Below, one piece after another: positions 1 through 12,622 of a DNA stretch of 64,000 nt. Numbering within the stretch: position 1 is the first letter of the stretch; every line of letters starts with the position of its first letter. Under the pieces are notes generated by a model, which saw only the letters and a list, made by a program, of their open reading frames with translations, had not been told where the DNA came from and searched no databases. This stretch comes from Eledone cirrhosa (taxonomy: Eukaryota): assembly GCA_964016885.1 (NCBI GenBank), contig OZ024751.1, forward strand, positions 29,574,001 through 29,638,000, in the 5' to 3' direction. The translations under genes were made by a program, and so were the position numbers.

Positions 1-84
1 TTTGACATAATGAGGGATTTTATACATAATTATGCTGGAATGGTAGGGCCGTGGATTGGCACAATTATTAGAGAGTTGGACGAA

Positions 85-260
85 ATCATCATCATCATCA
101 TCATATGGACCATTTCCATACTGCTATGGAGTTAACGGGTTGTCATGGTCCAAGACCACAAGTGGAACAGCATCTGATCTTGCTTGTTACATTCCATATT
201 TGGAATAGTTTCTACAGCTGGATACCCTTCCTAACATCAATCCACCCTGCAGGGTTTGAT
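85..260 (-). mobile_element. Degenerate SINE 3' part with (ATG)n tail
   Basis: (CAT)n followed by ttccatactgctatgg...tttctacagctggatacccttcctaacatcaa, matching the reverse complement of the SINE family seen at 4955-5320 and 55759-56022. Confidence 0.6.
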
Positions 261-379
261 GGTTACAGTTTTTGTGACACCATGATAGGTGTGGTTTTTC
301 CAAATTTAAAGAGTTGACTGGGTGCATTTATTCTAGGTACCAATACTAACACCTTACATGGTGTTTAAGTTAGTCAAAG

Positions 380-512
380 TTTGTACTAAGCTGAAGGCTT
401 ATCAAGCCAGTGCCTATTGCCATTTTCCTTGGCATTAAGCAACTGAGAGTACAAGACACTCCCTGGACAGGACACCAGTCTATTGCAGGCTTAACTCTCC
501 AGCTACTACTGG
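380..512 (-). mobile_element. SINE fragment (family also at 21850-22260 and 56380-56660)
   Basis: Shared motif ctgagagtacaagacactccctggacaggacaccagtc. Confidence 0.6.
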
Positions 513-749
513 TATGCATGGAAAAGCTTTGTTGAGGAAGCTGAAGATAAACATCAAAGAAGAAAGCTGTCCATCACCCAACCACCAATTGACCAAGTAC
601 ACACTTGTCCCAACTGTACCAGAGCCTGCAGGTCCAGGATTGGCCTCTGCAGTCACTTTACGGTGGCCCACTTCACAGAACTACTGGACAACAATTATTC
701 CCACTGATCTTTTCAAGTCAAGAATTCACCATTTATTTCATATACAAAT

Positions 750-827
750 TTCTTCTACACGACAAAAACTGTTTCATTTGTATGAAATCATCAGGAAAGT
801 TCTGATTATTTCATACAAATGAAACTG
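750..827 (-). ncRNA. Hammerhead-like motif inside a short fold-back duplication
   Basis: Minus strand reads CTGATGA-tttcatacaaat-GAAA-C-agttttt-GTC-gtgtagaag; inverted copy at about 802-827 has a mutated core (CTGATTA); the 5' strand of stem I is not recoverable. Confidence 0.5.
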
Positions 828-833
828 ATACTG

Positions 834-974
<141 letters not shown>

Positions 975-1093
975 TATAAGTATTAATAAAATAGATGTTC
1001 TTTTGATCAATTATATTTTATTATACATATTTCGGATGTACAACAGTACGTCCTCATCAAACAAAATATAATGATACATGACATACCCTAAGC

Positions 1094-1207
1094 GTTCAAA
1101 TCCCGCCGAGGTTAACTTTGCCTTTCATCCTTACGGGGTAGATAAAATAAAGTACCAGTAATGTACTGGGTAATTGCTGGCCTTGTGCCTAAAGTAGAAA
1201 CAATTAT
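1094..1207 (+). mobile_element. tRNA-derived SINE family 1, 5'-truncated
   Basis: B-box-like gttcaaatccc plus central gactttgcctttcatcc...ggggt.gataaa domain, repeated more than ten times in the window. Confidence 0.85.
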
Positions 1208-1267
1208 ATTTTGTTTGATGAGGACGTACTGTTGTACATCCGAAATATGTATAATAAAATATAATTG
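1201..1267 (+). ncRNA. Minimal type-I hammerhead ribozyme (U3 variant); mirror copy at 1008-1072 (-)
   Basis: Stem I caattatattttgt/ataaaatataattg; core TTGATGA (1215-1221); stem II ggacgtac-tgtt-gtacatcc; GAAA; quasi-palindromic stem III ATATGTAT; AUA cleavage triplet. Confidence 0.75.
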
Positions 1268-1422
1268 ATCAAAAGAACATCTATTTTATTAATATTTATA
1301 TTCTAATATTAATAACTCTGGAAAATTATTTTTTATTTCGTAGAGTACTTCCAATCTACTGTAAAACTCATTCTTTGACATACTCATTGAATATTGTTTA
1401 ACACTTTAATATATATATACAT

Positions 1423-1464
<42 letters not shown>

Positions 1465-1465
<1 letters not shown>

Positions 1466-1649
1466 TAATTGTTTCTACTTTTGGCACAAGGCCAGCAATT
1501 ACCCAGTACATTACTGGTACTATATTTTATCGACCTCGTAAGGATGAAAGGCAAAGTTAACCTCGGCAGGATTTGAACTCAGATCGTAAAGGGCCGTAAC
1601 TCTATGCTGCAAATCATGTTATCTCACTCTCCATCGATACTGCCAATCC
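1465..1649 (-). mobile_element. SINE family 1, near full length
   Basis: Reverse complement of the copy at 23719-23903. Confidence 0.88.
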
Positions 1650-1670
1650 AATAATACACACACATTATAT

Positions 1671-1810
1671 ATAGAGTTACGGCCCTTTCCATTCTGAGTT
1701 CAAATCCCGCCCAGGTCAACTTTGCCAGTCATCCTTACGGCCTCGATAAAATAAAGTACCAGTAATGTACTGCGTAATTGCTGGCCTTGTGCCAAAAGTA
1801 GAAACAATTA
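1671..1810 (+). mobile_element. SINE family 1, forming an inverted pair with 1465-1649
   Basis: gagttacggccc...gagttcaaatcccgcc...aaagtagaaacaattat. Confidence 0.88.
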
Positions 1811-2144
1811 TATATATATATATATATTATACACTCAATCACAAGCGTATGTTATCATTTAAATGACATTTAGAAAACAACAAAACAACAAATTCTTCCT
1901 TATTTTAATTATGAAAAATAATAATAATAATAATAATAATAATAGGGGGATGAGTCAGTAAAAGGACATTCAATTAGGAAGCTGAAAAATGTTGATATAA
2001 CAGTAATAGTTGTGATGTTGTTGTTGTTAATTTTACGATACAAACCGAAAAATAAGAATATATATATATGTATATATACACACAAACATATATACATATA
2101 TAGACATATATATATACACATATATATACATATATATATGTGCC

Positions 2145-2192
2145 CATTCCGAGCTGACGATCCGCTAAGGTGAAACAATTGTTCTCGGTATG
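2145..2192 (+). ncRNA. Minimal type-I hammerhead ribozyme at the 5' end of a ~145-bp repeat (2141-2286; 5'-truncated copy at 26296-26410)
   Basis: Stem I CCGAG/CTCGG; CTGACGA (2154-2160); stem II tcc-gctaa-ggt; GAAA; perfect palindromic stem III ACAATTGT; GUU triplet. Confidence 0.8.
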
Positions 2193-2282
2193 GTGAACTA
2201 ACTGGTGTGTAACCACTTCTACCTAACTCATCCCATGGACTGAGTGCTCTACCACTACAGATATTACCTTCCAGTGTTCCAC

Positions 2283-2332
<50 letters not shown>

Positions 2333-2447
2333 CACACACACATATATATATCTATATATATGCTGATGGGGGCCATGAAGAATGACATCTTAGGTAACAA
2401 GGACAGGTAATTTATGGTGGGTTCTTTTGGCTAAGTCTGTGTAGGTG

Positions 2448-2760
2448 TGTGAATGGCTTAGAGTATGTGTCTGTGTGAATGGCTAAGAGTATGTGTCTGT
2501 GTGAATGGCTAAGAGTATGTGTCTGTGTGAATGGCTAAGAGTGTGTGTCTGTGTGAATGGCTAAGAGTATGTGTCTGTGTGAATGGCTAAGAGTGTGTGT
2601 CTGTGTGAATGGCTAAGTCTGTGTAGGTGTGTGAATGGCTAAGAGTATGTGTCTGTGTGAATGGCTAAGAGTATGTGTCTGTGTGAATGGCTAAGAGTGT
2701 GTGTCTGTGTGAATGGCTAAGAGTGTGTGTCTGTGTGAATGGCTAAGAGTGTGTGTCTGT
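2448..2760. repeat. 26-bp minisatellite (gtgtgaatggctaagagtatgtgtct), ~12 copies
   Basis: Direct tandem periodicity. Confidence 0.93.
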
Positions 2761-3091
2761 GTACGGATCAATGTCTGACCTAATCAACTCAAACAGAAAC
2801 TATGTAAAATAATAATAATAATAATAGAAGAAGAAGAAGAAGAAGAAGATAGCAAGAATGAATGATTAAATGATGTCAAAAAATAAAAATAAAAAAGTTA
2901 AAAAAATAATAATGTAATGTTTAATAATTTATTATGTAAAATAAATATATTGATAAATAAATAAATAAATAACATATATTACCGATATTGGTGACAAATA
3001 TATGTTCTGTTTATTTTATTTTATTTTATTTAATATCTGTAAAAATTTCCTGATAGTTGAACACCCTTCATTAAAAATTACCTAAATGTCC

Positions 3092-3136
<45 letters not shown>

Positions 3137-3148
3137 GATATATATAAG

Positions 3149-3180
<32 letters not shown>

Positions 3181-4954
3181 GATATATATAAGTATATATA
3201 TATATATATATATACATGTGTATATATATATATATATACATGTATATATATATACATATATATAAGTATATATATATATATATATATATATAAGTATATA
3301 TATATATGTGTGTGTGCGTATATATATACATATATATATGTATATATATACACACATATATAAGCATATATATATATACACACACACACTTGTATACGTA
3401 TGTATATAGGTAATTTTGCTGACAACACCTAACATAGGCAAAACTGAATTCTCAACAGAGACAGAAGCAAAGCTATCTCTGTAGACATTGTCAATAATAT
3501 TTAATTAAGTCCCAAAGCTCCACAGAAACTAAAAACAAAATGAAAAATTGAAAACTAAAATATATGTCAGAATTTTATGGATTTGTTCTAAATCTTAATT
3601 TAATCTGTAAATAAATAAGTAGAGACGAGAAAACTGTAGATAATCAGAGTGAAAACAAATTTGTAAACTTTAGCAGCACTGTGTTTAACAATCAGCTGGG
3701 TTTTCATAGAATATATCGTTGTGATTGTTATGATGATTCTTATGATTGCTTCATTAACTGCCATTCCACATTTACCAATTTTTATCGCAAAAATTAATTA
3801 ATCCTTTGGTGGTTTCAGATGTTTAAATTTTTATTTTGTTTGATATTTTGATATTATTTTGGGTTTTGTGCAGAAAATTTTATATTTTTATCTGAAGAAT
3901 TAGTTTTGATTTTTTTTCATCCTAGCGATTACTTTTAACATTAATATTACTTACTTATTTGTATGTGTTTGTGTGTATGTATGTGTGTGTGGATTGTCTC
4001 TCTGTGTGTATGTCTGTGTATATGCGTGTGTGGATTACGTCTCTGTGTGTGTACCTGTCTCTCCGTGTATGTCTGAGTGTACCTGACTCTGTGTATCTCT
4101 GTTGGGTGGGTGGGTGTGTGCATCTGTCAGTGTGTGTGCATGGGTGTGTGTGTGTGTGTGTATCTGTTTCTCTTTCTGTATGCATTGTCTCCCTATGCAT
4201 CTGTTTGTCTCTGTGTATGTGTGTGTCTCTTTTTCTGTGTGTGCTTGTGTCCATGTGTCTGTGTCTCTATATGTCTGTATGTGTGTGTGTGTATCTGTTT
4301 CATTTTAAAACTATGAGTGTTAGTTTGACAGGGACCTTCTCAAATGTGTCAACATAGATATGGCTGGGTGGTGACTGGTAAAGTAATTGGCTTCTTTGCA
4401 ACCTTTAAGTTCCCAGATTCAATCCCACTGTTAAGCATCTTGAGCAAGTATCTTTACTCATTACCATAGACTTGGGATCAACCTAAGCCATATCAATGAA
4501 ATTTGGTAGACAGAAACTGTCTGGAAGCCTGTCTGATTCATTGCACCTATACTGGTAATTCAAAAGTACAGCTTTCCTACATTGTGTCACACTGTCATTG
4601 CTGGACTTACCTATAAGCTAAATAAGCTATAGCTTAGGGCCACACAGCATTGGGGTCCTTATTTTAAAAAAATATATATTTATCTTATCATTAGTCTTTA
4701 GTCTTTAACCCTAAATCATGAAGTTATATGTGTATGGATGAATTCAATTTGAAACTGGTTAGACCATTACTCAACAGAGTACTCTATACTTGGGGTAGTA
4801 GAGTATGGTTATGTTATAGTCGGGAACTAGCTGTTGAAATGGCAAGAGCTCAGCCGTTGGGTCCTGACTTTTCACTTAAAAATATTTTTTTTAAATCATG
4901 TTCACTTAAAAATAATATATAATGTGTATGTGTGTGTATATATATATATATATA

Positions 4955-5320
4955 TCATCATCATCATCACCGTTTTACGTCTGTTCTTTCACGCTAGCAT
5001 GGGTTACATGGGTTGTCCTGTTGTGGGCAGTGTCCGGTCGGCTGACCTTGTCTTGCTCATACAGGAACTGATTCTGGCTTGATTTCTACAGCTGGATGCT
5101 CTTCCTAACACCAACCTCATTTACAGTGAGTGCTGGGTGCTTTTTTTTCCATGGCACCTCCATGACCACTTTGCAGTGGAATGATAGGGACCCCAGTCCT
5201 TATCATCTCATTTCTACAGCTGAGTAAACTGGAGCAATGTGAAATAAAGTGTCTTGCTCAAGGAAACAACACATCACCCGGTCTGAGAATTGAACTCACA
5301 AACTTTCGATTGCAAGCCCA
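4955..5320 (-). mobile_element. SINE family 2 (tRNA-like head, RTE-type 3' tail)
   Basis: (CAT)n tail; cagctggatgc.cttcctaacaccaacc; gagcaatgtgaaataaagtgtcttgctcaagg; related copies at 27140-27436(-), 55759-56022(+), 14040-14312(+), 37430-37600(+), 41470-41610(-). Confidence 0.85.
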
Positions 5321-5365
5321 ACTATATATATATATATATATATATATTCATATATATATATATGA

Positions 5366-5757
5366 ATACAGTGTATTTTGCAATACACTGTATGCTTAAT
5401 TAAAAGCAATTTGAAGACCTTACGCTATTGTTTTAAAGTAGTGACAGTGTCACTTACTTCTATTTTCAGCAAACAAGGGGAGATAAGCTGATAGAGCTCT
5501 GTTTCATACTTGTTGGTACTTATCAAAGCTCAGCACTGTTCCTGTCCGCTGAAAATTATGAATGTTGGATTCTTATAGAATTCCAGTAATAGTCAGGAAC
5601 TGATTATACAGAGGGCTTGCCGGTCCAGCAAAAATTGAAAATTAGAATTGGTGCTCTGAAATAGCGATATATATATATCAGTGTATATACAGTGTCTTTT
5701 GCAATATACTGTATGCTTAATTAAAAGCATTTTGAAGACCATACGCTATTGTTTTAA
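5366..5757 (-). mobile_element. Terminally redundant 321-bp cassette (1.2 units) carrying a hammerhead motif; retrozyme/pLTR-like
   Basis: ~70-bp direct repeat at 5366-5436 and 5687-5757 (period 321); microsatellite flanks; HHR at 5486-5530. Confidence 0.65.
5486..5530 (-). ncRNA. Minimal hammerhead, U3-A8 variant
   Basis: Minus strand: AGCT-TTGATAA-GTAC caacaa GTAT-GAAA-C AGAGCTCT A-TC-AGCT; palindromic stem III; AUC triplet. Confidence 0.65.
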
Positions 5758-5764
5758 TTAAATA

Positions 5765-6150
5765 TGTGTGTGTGTGAAGCTCTCTGACTGTGTGTGCATG
5801 TGTATGACCATATGTGTCTGAGGCTGTCTGACTCTGTGTGTGCATGATTATGGCCGTGTGTGTGAGGCTGTCTAACTGTGTGTGTGTGTGTGCATGTGTA
5901 TGGCCATGTGTGTGAAGCTGTCTGACTGTGTGTATGTGTATGGCAGTATGTGTGTGAAGCTGTCTGACTCTATGTGCATGTGTATGGCTGTATGTGAAGC
6001 TGTCTGACTCTGTGTGTATGTATATGGCCATGTGTGTGTGAAGCTGTCTGACTATGTGTATGTATGTGTATGGCTGTATGTGAAGCTGTTTGACTGTGTG
6101 TATGTGTATGGCCATATGTGTGTGAAGCTGTCTGACTGTGTGTGTGTGTG
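5765..6150. repeat. ~40-bp TG-rich minisatellite (tgtgaagctgtctgactgtgtgtatgtatggcc)
   Basis: Recurrent gaagctgtctgact core about nine times. Confidence 0.85.
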
Positions 6151-6575
6151 TGGTAGCTTGGCAGGAGTGGTGCTGCTAAGATAAACAACCATCACTGTCC
6201 ACTTGTCTGCTTCATATTTTTATCCCTTGCTCCTTGCAAATAAGTGTCCATTGAACTTAGAGAGCAGCCTCCGGTTACCAAGGTAACAGCAGATAGCCAG
6301 TCAGTGCTTTTCCATTCATCCTTTCTTTCTTTCTTTCCTTTTCATCTCTACCACCACCATCATCACCACCACCACTGCCACCATCATTTCTTTCTCTTTT
6401 CACAGATTCTAGAAGTTTCTTTTCATTTTCTTCCTTTTCTATATTAAACAAGGACTTTAGAAGACTGGTTAAATAAATCTCACCCTTGTCTTTCTCTCAC
6501 TCTCCACCCCCCTCTCTCTCTCCACCCCCTCTCTCTCTCACCACATACACACACACATATATATATATATATATA

Positions 6576-6753
<178 letters not shown>

Positions 6754-6932
6754 TGAGGTGTGTAAAATCACGACTACAACACCAAGAGGTATCAGTTTGT
6801 GTGTTCACAGAGCTTGCTGAGCACACAAGCCGAAACCGCTTGGCGCCACAGTTGGGGTTTTACACATCTCTATACCCACTCTACATCTTCCCATGTATTG
6901 AGTACTCACATGATTAGTGGTCTCTTTGGTCT

Positions 6933-7283
6933 CATCATCATCATTTTACGTCCGCTCTTCCCTGCTTGCAAGGGTAGGACGGGTCTTATTCAGCACAGCA
7001 TCTCGTCACGGTCCTTCGTCATCTCCACCATGAGCTTCAGCGATCTGAGGTCTGTTCTCACCACCTCCGTCCATGTTTTTCCTGGTCTACCTCTACCACG
7101 TCTTCCTTCAACTGGCATTTCCTGGCACTTCTTCACCCATCGGTCATCCTCCATGCGCATCACATGTCCATACAACCTCAGTCTCCTCTCTCGCACACTA
7201 CATTCTATCCCTCTCAGACACAGTTTCTCTCTCAACATTCATGCTGGGTCGTTCATGCACATTGACACTGCACATCCAACGGA
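6933..7283 (-). mobile_element. RTE-clade LINE 3' fragment
   Basis: Encodes ...RERRLRLYGHVMRMEDDRWVKKC...RGRGRPGKTW, typical of the RTE ORF C-terminus; (ATG)n tail. Confidence 0.9.
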
Positions 7284-7304
7284 GTATATATGTATATATA
7301 TACA

Positions 7305-7527
7305 TAAAATACAATATGTTGAAAAGGTAACACACCAGAGAGAGATATATAGTCCGTTATCAATAATACAGGGAAAAAAACCACCATGTATGGAATCTAT
7401 AACCTATGAAAGGCAGACTATAGACACGATAATTAAAAATATAAATATAAAATTTTTTCCCTGTATTATTGATAACGCACTGTATATCTCTCTCTGGTGT
7501 GTTACCTTTTCAACATATTGTATTTTA
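7305..7527. repeat. Inverted duplication (arms 7305-7380 and 7451-7527) in a TA-flanked cassette
   Basis: aaaatacaatatgttgaaaaggtaacacaccagagagagata...cagggaaaaaa versus its reverse complement. Confidence 0.85.
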
Positions 7528-7699
7528 AAGAGCTCAGGATCTCTTCTCCTTTGAGCACATTATTGACAGGGAATAGCGAGGGCCTATGCCTCCGTTAATT
7601 TATTGTGATATATATATACATATATATGTGTGTGTGTGTGTGTATCCTGGCTTCAATCGGGGGTAACTACAGTAAGTACGATACTCAATATATCGCAGA

Positions 7700-7811
7700 G
7701 TATAAATGTTTAATATAGAAATGGCTTCTACTTCTACTGGACTAGAACTGTGTCATTTGAATGAAACAGTTCTAGTCCTGTAGAAGCCATTTCTATATTA
7801 AACATATATAC
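7700..7811. repeat. Near-perfect ~110-bp palindrome: fold-back of a hammerhead 3' half (same family as 750-795)
   Basis: aatgaaacagttctagtcctgtagaagccatttctatat aligns with minus-strand aatgaaacagtttttgtcgtgtagaagaaatttgtatat at 740-780. Confidence 0.75.
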
Positions 7812-8493
7812 ATGTTTATATATATATATGCTTACTTATGTCATCATCTTTTTATTCTTGTTGAAATACATATTTCCAACAGCTCACCCCCTCTCTATAT
7901 TGGCCCCACTACCACCACCAGCTCCACAGGTCCCCCACCACTACCATCACCACAGTAATTTTATTCACAGTCTCCATCTATCTTCTTCAACACACTATTC
8001 ATCAGGGTCCCATACTTCCCCACAGGTCCCATCCCCACAACCACCACTACCATTACCACAGTAACTCTATTCACAAACTTCTATCTTCTTCAACACCCTA
8101 TTCACCAAGGTCCCACACTTCCCTTTCCATCTATCTTACTCTTCACTCTACAAGATTATTTTGCCCCTTGCTCTCTTCTCTTACACTCCACCCCACCCCC
8201 TATCCTCATCTCATCTACTTTTCCCATTCATTTATCTCTAATGTTATTTTGTTTTCTTCTTTTTTTTGCCTGTTTAATTTTATTTTATTATTTTTTTCCA
8301 TTTTTTTTAGATATTTATGTAGCTTTTATTTTATATTTTTTTCCTTGTTTCATTTCCCTCCAACTTTGATATTATTTTCCACAAACATATACATACATTA
8401 TATTTATATATTCATGTATATGTATATATATAAATATATACCATCTTTCTCGAAACACACACATGTAGAACGTCTTTTCCCAAACACACACAC

Positions 8494-8535
<42 letters not shown>

Positions 8536-8712
8536 CATCTCAAACACACACACACGTATATATAGATACATAAACAATCTTTTCTCAAACATGCTTACAC
8601 ACACATATATACATAGATACATTCTTTTTTTTGTATATACACACAAATATTCATATACACAAACTATATCTTTCCAAATACACACACACACATATATATA
8701 TGTGTGTGTATA

Positions 8713-8762
<50 letters not shown>

Positions 8763-9756
8763 TCCATACACATATTTCCTGCTCATCATTTCACTTCTAC
8801 TTATATTACTGTTCTGCCATCATCATCATCATCATCATCATCACCATTCCTCACTTATTTTATACATACATATATATATATATATATAATTTTTTTTACC
8901 ATTCTTGTAATTCTTGTTGGTTTCTTTTACCAAGATTAGTAGTTATCTCCCTTTTCCTCTATTCCTATAATTTCATCTTTGAAGGATTTTCAAAAAGCCA
9001 TTCATGTGTATCCAAAGCCCTCCCCCTATCCCTGTTTCTGTTCCCTCCCAACCACGACCACCACCGCTGTCAATGCTTATTAATGCATGTTTTATCAGTC
9101 TACTGATATAGAAGCTGCCCTATCTCCATCAGCCCAGTAAAGGATATTTCATTTCATTATTTACCCTCAAGATTTAAAATATATACATGTAATGGCGTAT
9201 GTATATATACATTTGTGTGTGTGTATGCATGTGTGACTATATATATGTGTGTGTGTATGCATGTGTGACTATATATATGTGTGTGTGTGTGCATATATAT
9301 ATATATATGGGTGTATATGTATATATATATATATATTAAGTATGTTTTTTATGTGTATATATATATATGTATATACCTGTGTGTATGTGTATATACATAT
9401 ATATATATATGTGTGTGTGTTTGTGTATATATATATATCTATATATGTGTGTTTGTGTGTATATATATATATATGTGTGTATATATGTATATATATGTAT
9501 ATACATATATATATATATGCGTGTGTTTATGTATGTATATATGCATGTGTGTATGTGTATACATATATATGAGTGTGTATATGCATATAATGAACATGTT
9601 TTCTTTACTACTTCATGGTTTGTCTTTGCTTAGAAGAAGAAAAAAATGATAATAATGTTCCCTTGCATTGTTAATGATTGCTATTGTTGTTGCTGTTGTC
9701 GTTGTTGATCTTTCTACAGAGATGTTTATTATCGTCATAGCTGCTATTGTTGCTGC

Positions 9757-9790
<34 letters not shown>

Positions 9791-10050
9791 AATCTCAGTT
9801 TGTGGACATGTATGTTGCTGTGCTTGTAAGTTTAAAAAAAAAATTATACATGCATACATATATATATATATTTACATTCATATATATATATATATATGTA
9901 TGTATGTATATATATTTACATTCATATATATATGTATATATATTTACATTCATATATATATATATGTATATATATTTACATATATATATATACATTTACA
10001 TTCATATATATATATATGTATATATATTTACATTCATATATATATTTACA

Positions 10051-10088
<38 letters not shown>

Positions 10089-10538
10089 TGTATAAATATA
10101 TATATGTATAAATATTTACATAAAAAAAAAACAGACAGAAATCCCAGTTTTTCCCAGTTGACCTGTGCAGACCATTCTATTTACATACTAAATGCTCAAT
10201 CTTTCTCAGAACTTACAAACCATTCCACTCTGTTGCTTTGCTGTCTTTTTTCTTCTTTCCTTGTAGCTAGATTTCTTTTTTCTTCTCTTCTTCATCATCC
10301 GACAAGATGAGCTAATCTTCTCCATTACAATATACACTTACATATCTATATTTACAGAGTCAGTGATAAATAACTTCTGATTCACTGAAATGGCCAATGC
10401 TGCTACTGCTATTGGTGTCTTTTTTTTGTGTATGTGATTTTGGTTTTTTTCTTTTTCTTTTGTCTCAGCACATGGAAATATATGCATGTATTTATGCATA
10501 TGTTTGTGTTGTTCTATACGCATTTGTGTATAAGTATT

Positions 10539-10593
<55 letters not shown>

Positions 10594-10642
10594 ATATATA
10601 TAGTCATATGTGTGCCTGGGCCGACATTAATATGTATGCATG

Positions 10643-10737
<95 letters not shown>

Positions 10738-11376
10738 ATATATATATTATATTGTAAGAAATTATAGAATTCATACTCTATTCTTAAGGTCATCAAACCT
10801 AAAAGAATGTGGTTATCAGAAAAACCTGTTAACCACACAGCCATGCCAACACTTGTTTGGTTATATTTTATTTGTGTCTTTTTTTTCTCCTTTCTAATAT
10901 AACTGTCAGAATAGTCTTGGTAGCTTTCTTGTTGTTCTTGGGAGTAAAGACATATCAAGGTGGTGGAGATCCTGATCAGGATTCAATCTTTGTCAGCAGC
11001 TACACTAAGAAGATAGGTAGCAAATTGGCAGTCATTAGAACATCAGATAGAATGCTTTGCCGTATTTGTTCTGGTTCCCTGCCTACTGAGTTCATATCCT
11101 GCTAAAGGCAACTTTGCCTTTCATCCTTTCAAGGTTGATAAAAACATTCCAGTCAAGAACTGGGGTTGATTCTTCCGCTATATTTCTTTTTCACTCCCGC
11201 CCTCTCACTTTCTATCTTTCACTGGAATAAATCTACTGTGTTCAGACCTGGGGAGTGATAGGCTCCACCAGGCGTCAAATTAACCCAATAAATGCTGTAT
11301 GTCACTACAGCACCCCCACATCTCCACCAGGTGTTATGGTACCATACTATACACTAGAGAAGTTTTACTAAAATGT

Positions 11377-11592
11377 TTAACCCTTTAGCATTTACATCAC
11401 TCTATATATACTATTGTATTTTCACAGAAAAGGCTTTATTGCACATAATTATCTCACATATGAGATTTTGATGATATTTATTTTGAGAACAATACTTTAA
11501 CATCAGTATGAGGGGTCAGTTACGGCTGATTTGAACAGAAAAAGGTGAGAGAATTCTGGCTAGATACGGCTGGTTTAAATGCTAAAGATTGA
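11377..11592. mobile_element. piggyBac-like MITE (TTAA-CCCTTTAGCATTTA TIR family)
   Basis: ttaaccctttagcattta ... taaatgctaaag; same family at 24031-24405 and 24613-24841. Confidence 0.75.
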
Positions 11593-11669
11593 CCATTATC
11601 TAATGATTGCTGAAACCAATAAAAGAATAGGCTTCAAACATGGAGTTTCCTTATTTAGTTCTTAGTGAC

Positions 11670-12110
11670 AGCAGGTTTGGCAGAAATACTAGAACGTCAG
11701 ACAAATACTTTGTGGTATTTGATTGGGATTCTTTACATTCTGAGTTCAAATCCTGTTGAGATCAACTTTGCTTTTCATCTTTTCTCTGATAAAATAAAGT
11801 ACCAATCAAATATTGGGGTTAATTTAATCAACTTTCTTCTCCCAACAAAATGGCTGGCTTTGTGCCATTTTGTCCCTGTGCCTAAAATGATTTCTAATTT
11901 AGGCACAGGGACAGCAAATTTTGGGAAAGTGTAAAGTTGAATAAATCAACCCTAGTACATGACTGGTACTTTTTTTTATCATCCATGGAAGGAAGGATTA
12001 AAGGCAAAGTTGACTTTGGTAGGATTTGAATTCAAAATGAAAAAGCTAAAATGAATACTGTAATTGCAATGTATCCAGTTGATCTACCAATTCTACTAAT
12101 GCACTGCCCT
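11670..12110. mobile_element. Two older SINE family 1 copies, tail to tail (+ then -)
   Basis: gagttcaaatcctgttgagatcaactttgc (+) and ggcaaagttgactttggtaggatttgaa (-). Confidence 0.7.
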
Positions 12111-12149
12111 GTCTTGGTGCCCAAATAAGAATTCATTATATAGCTCTTA

Positions 12150-12390
12150 ATATTTCGGTATCATTTTAGTATTTTGGTATCCTTTTAGTATCTTGGTATC
12201 CTTTTAGTATTTTGGTATCCTTTTAGTATCTTGGTATCCTTTTAGTATTTTCGTACCTTCTTAGTATCTTGGTACCCTCTTAGTATTTTGGTATCCTTTT
12301 AGTATTTTAGTAACCTCTTAGTATTTCGGTATCCTCTTAATAAATTGGTACCCTCTAAGTATTTTGGTATTCTCTTAGTATTTTGGCATC
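12150..12390. repeat. 20-bp minisatellite (tttagtattttggtatcctt), ~12 copies
   Basis: Direct periodicity. Confidence 0.9.
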
Positions 12391-12557
12391 CTTCTTCGGA
12401 TTTGATCTCATGACTTCTGTATAGTACTAAAGTGTTCTTCTAAATTAATTATTCAGTTTATTTTGGAATACTAACACAACCAAGTTTATTATCCTGCATA
12501 TTAATAGCACCCTTTTTTTTTCTTTATTTCTTTTTTTTTTAATTACTTGTTCTTTAC

Positions 12558-12622
<65 letters not shown>

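Noticed and set aside
514-822. 102-aa ORF
   Set aside because: Runs from a SINE remnant into a ribozyme-like hairpin; no splice or homology support
2448-2760. 26-bp repeats as a CRISPR-like array
   Set aside because: Head-to-tail minisatellite with no spacers
6799-7554. 251-aa plus-strand ORF
   Set aside because: Antisense read-through of an RTE fragment and an inverted repeat
7700-7811. Pre-miRNA
   Set aside because: Better explained as a fold-back of a repeat family also present at 740-795; there are no small-RNA data
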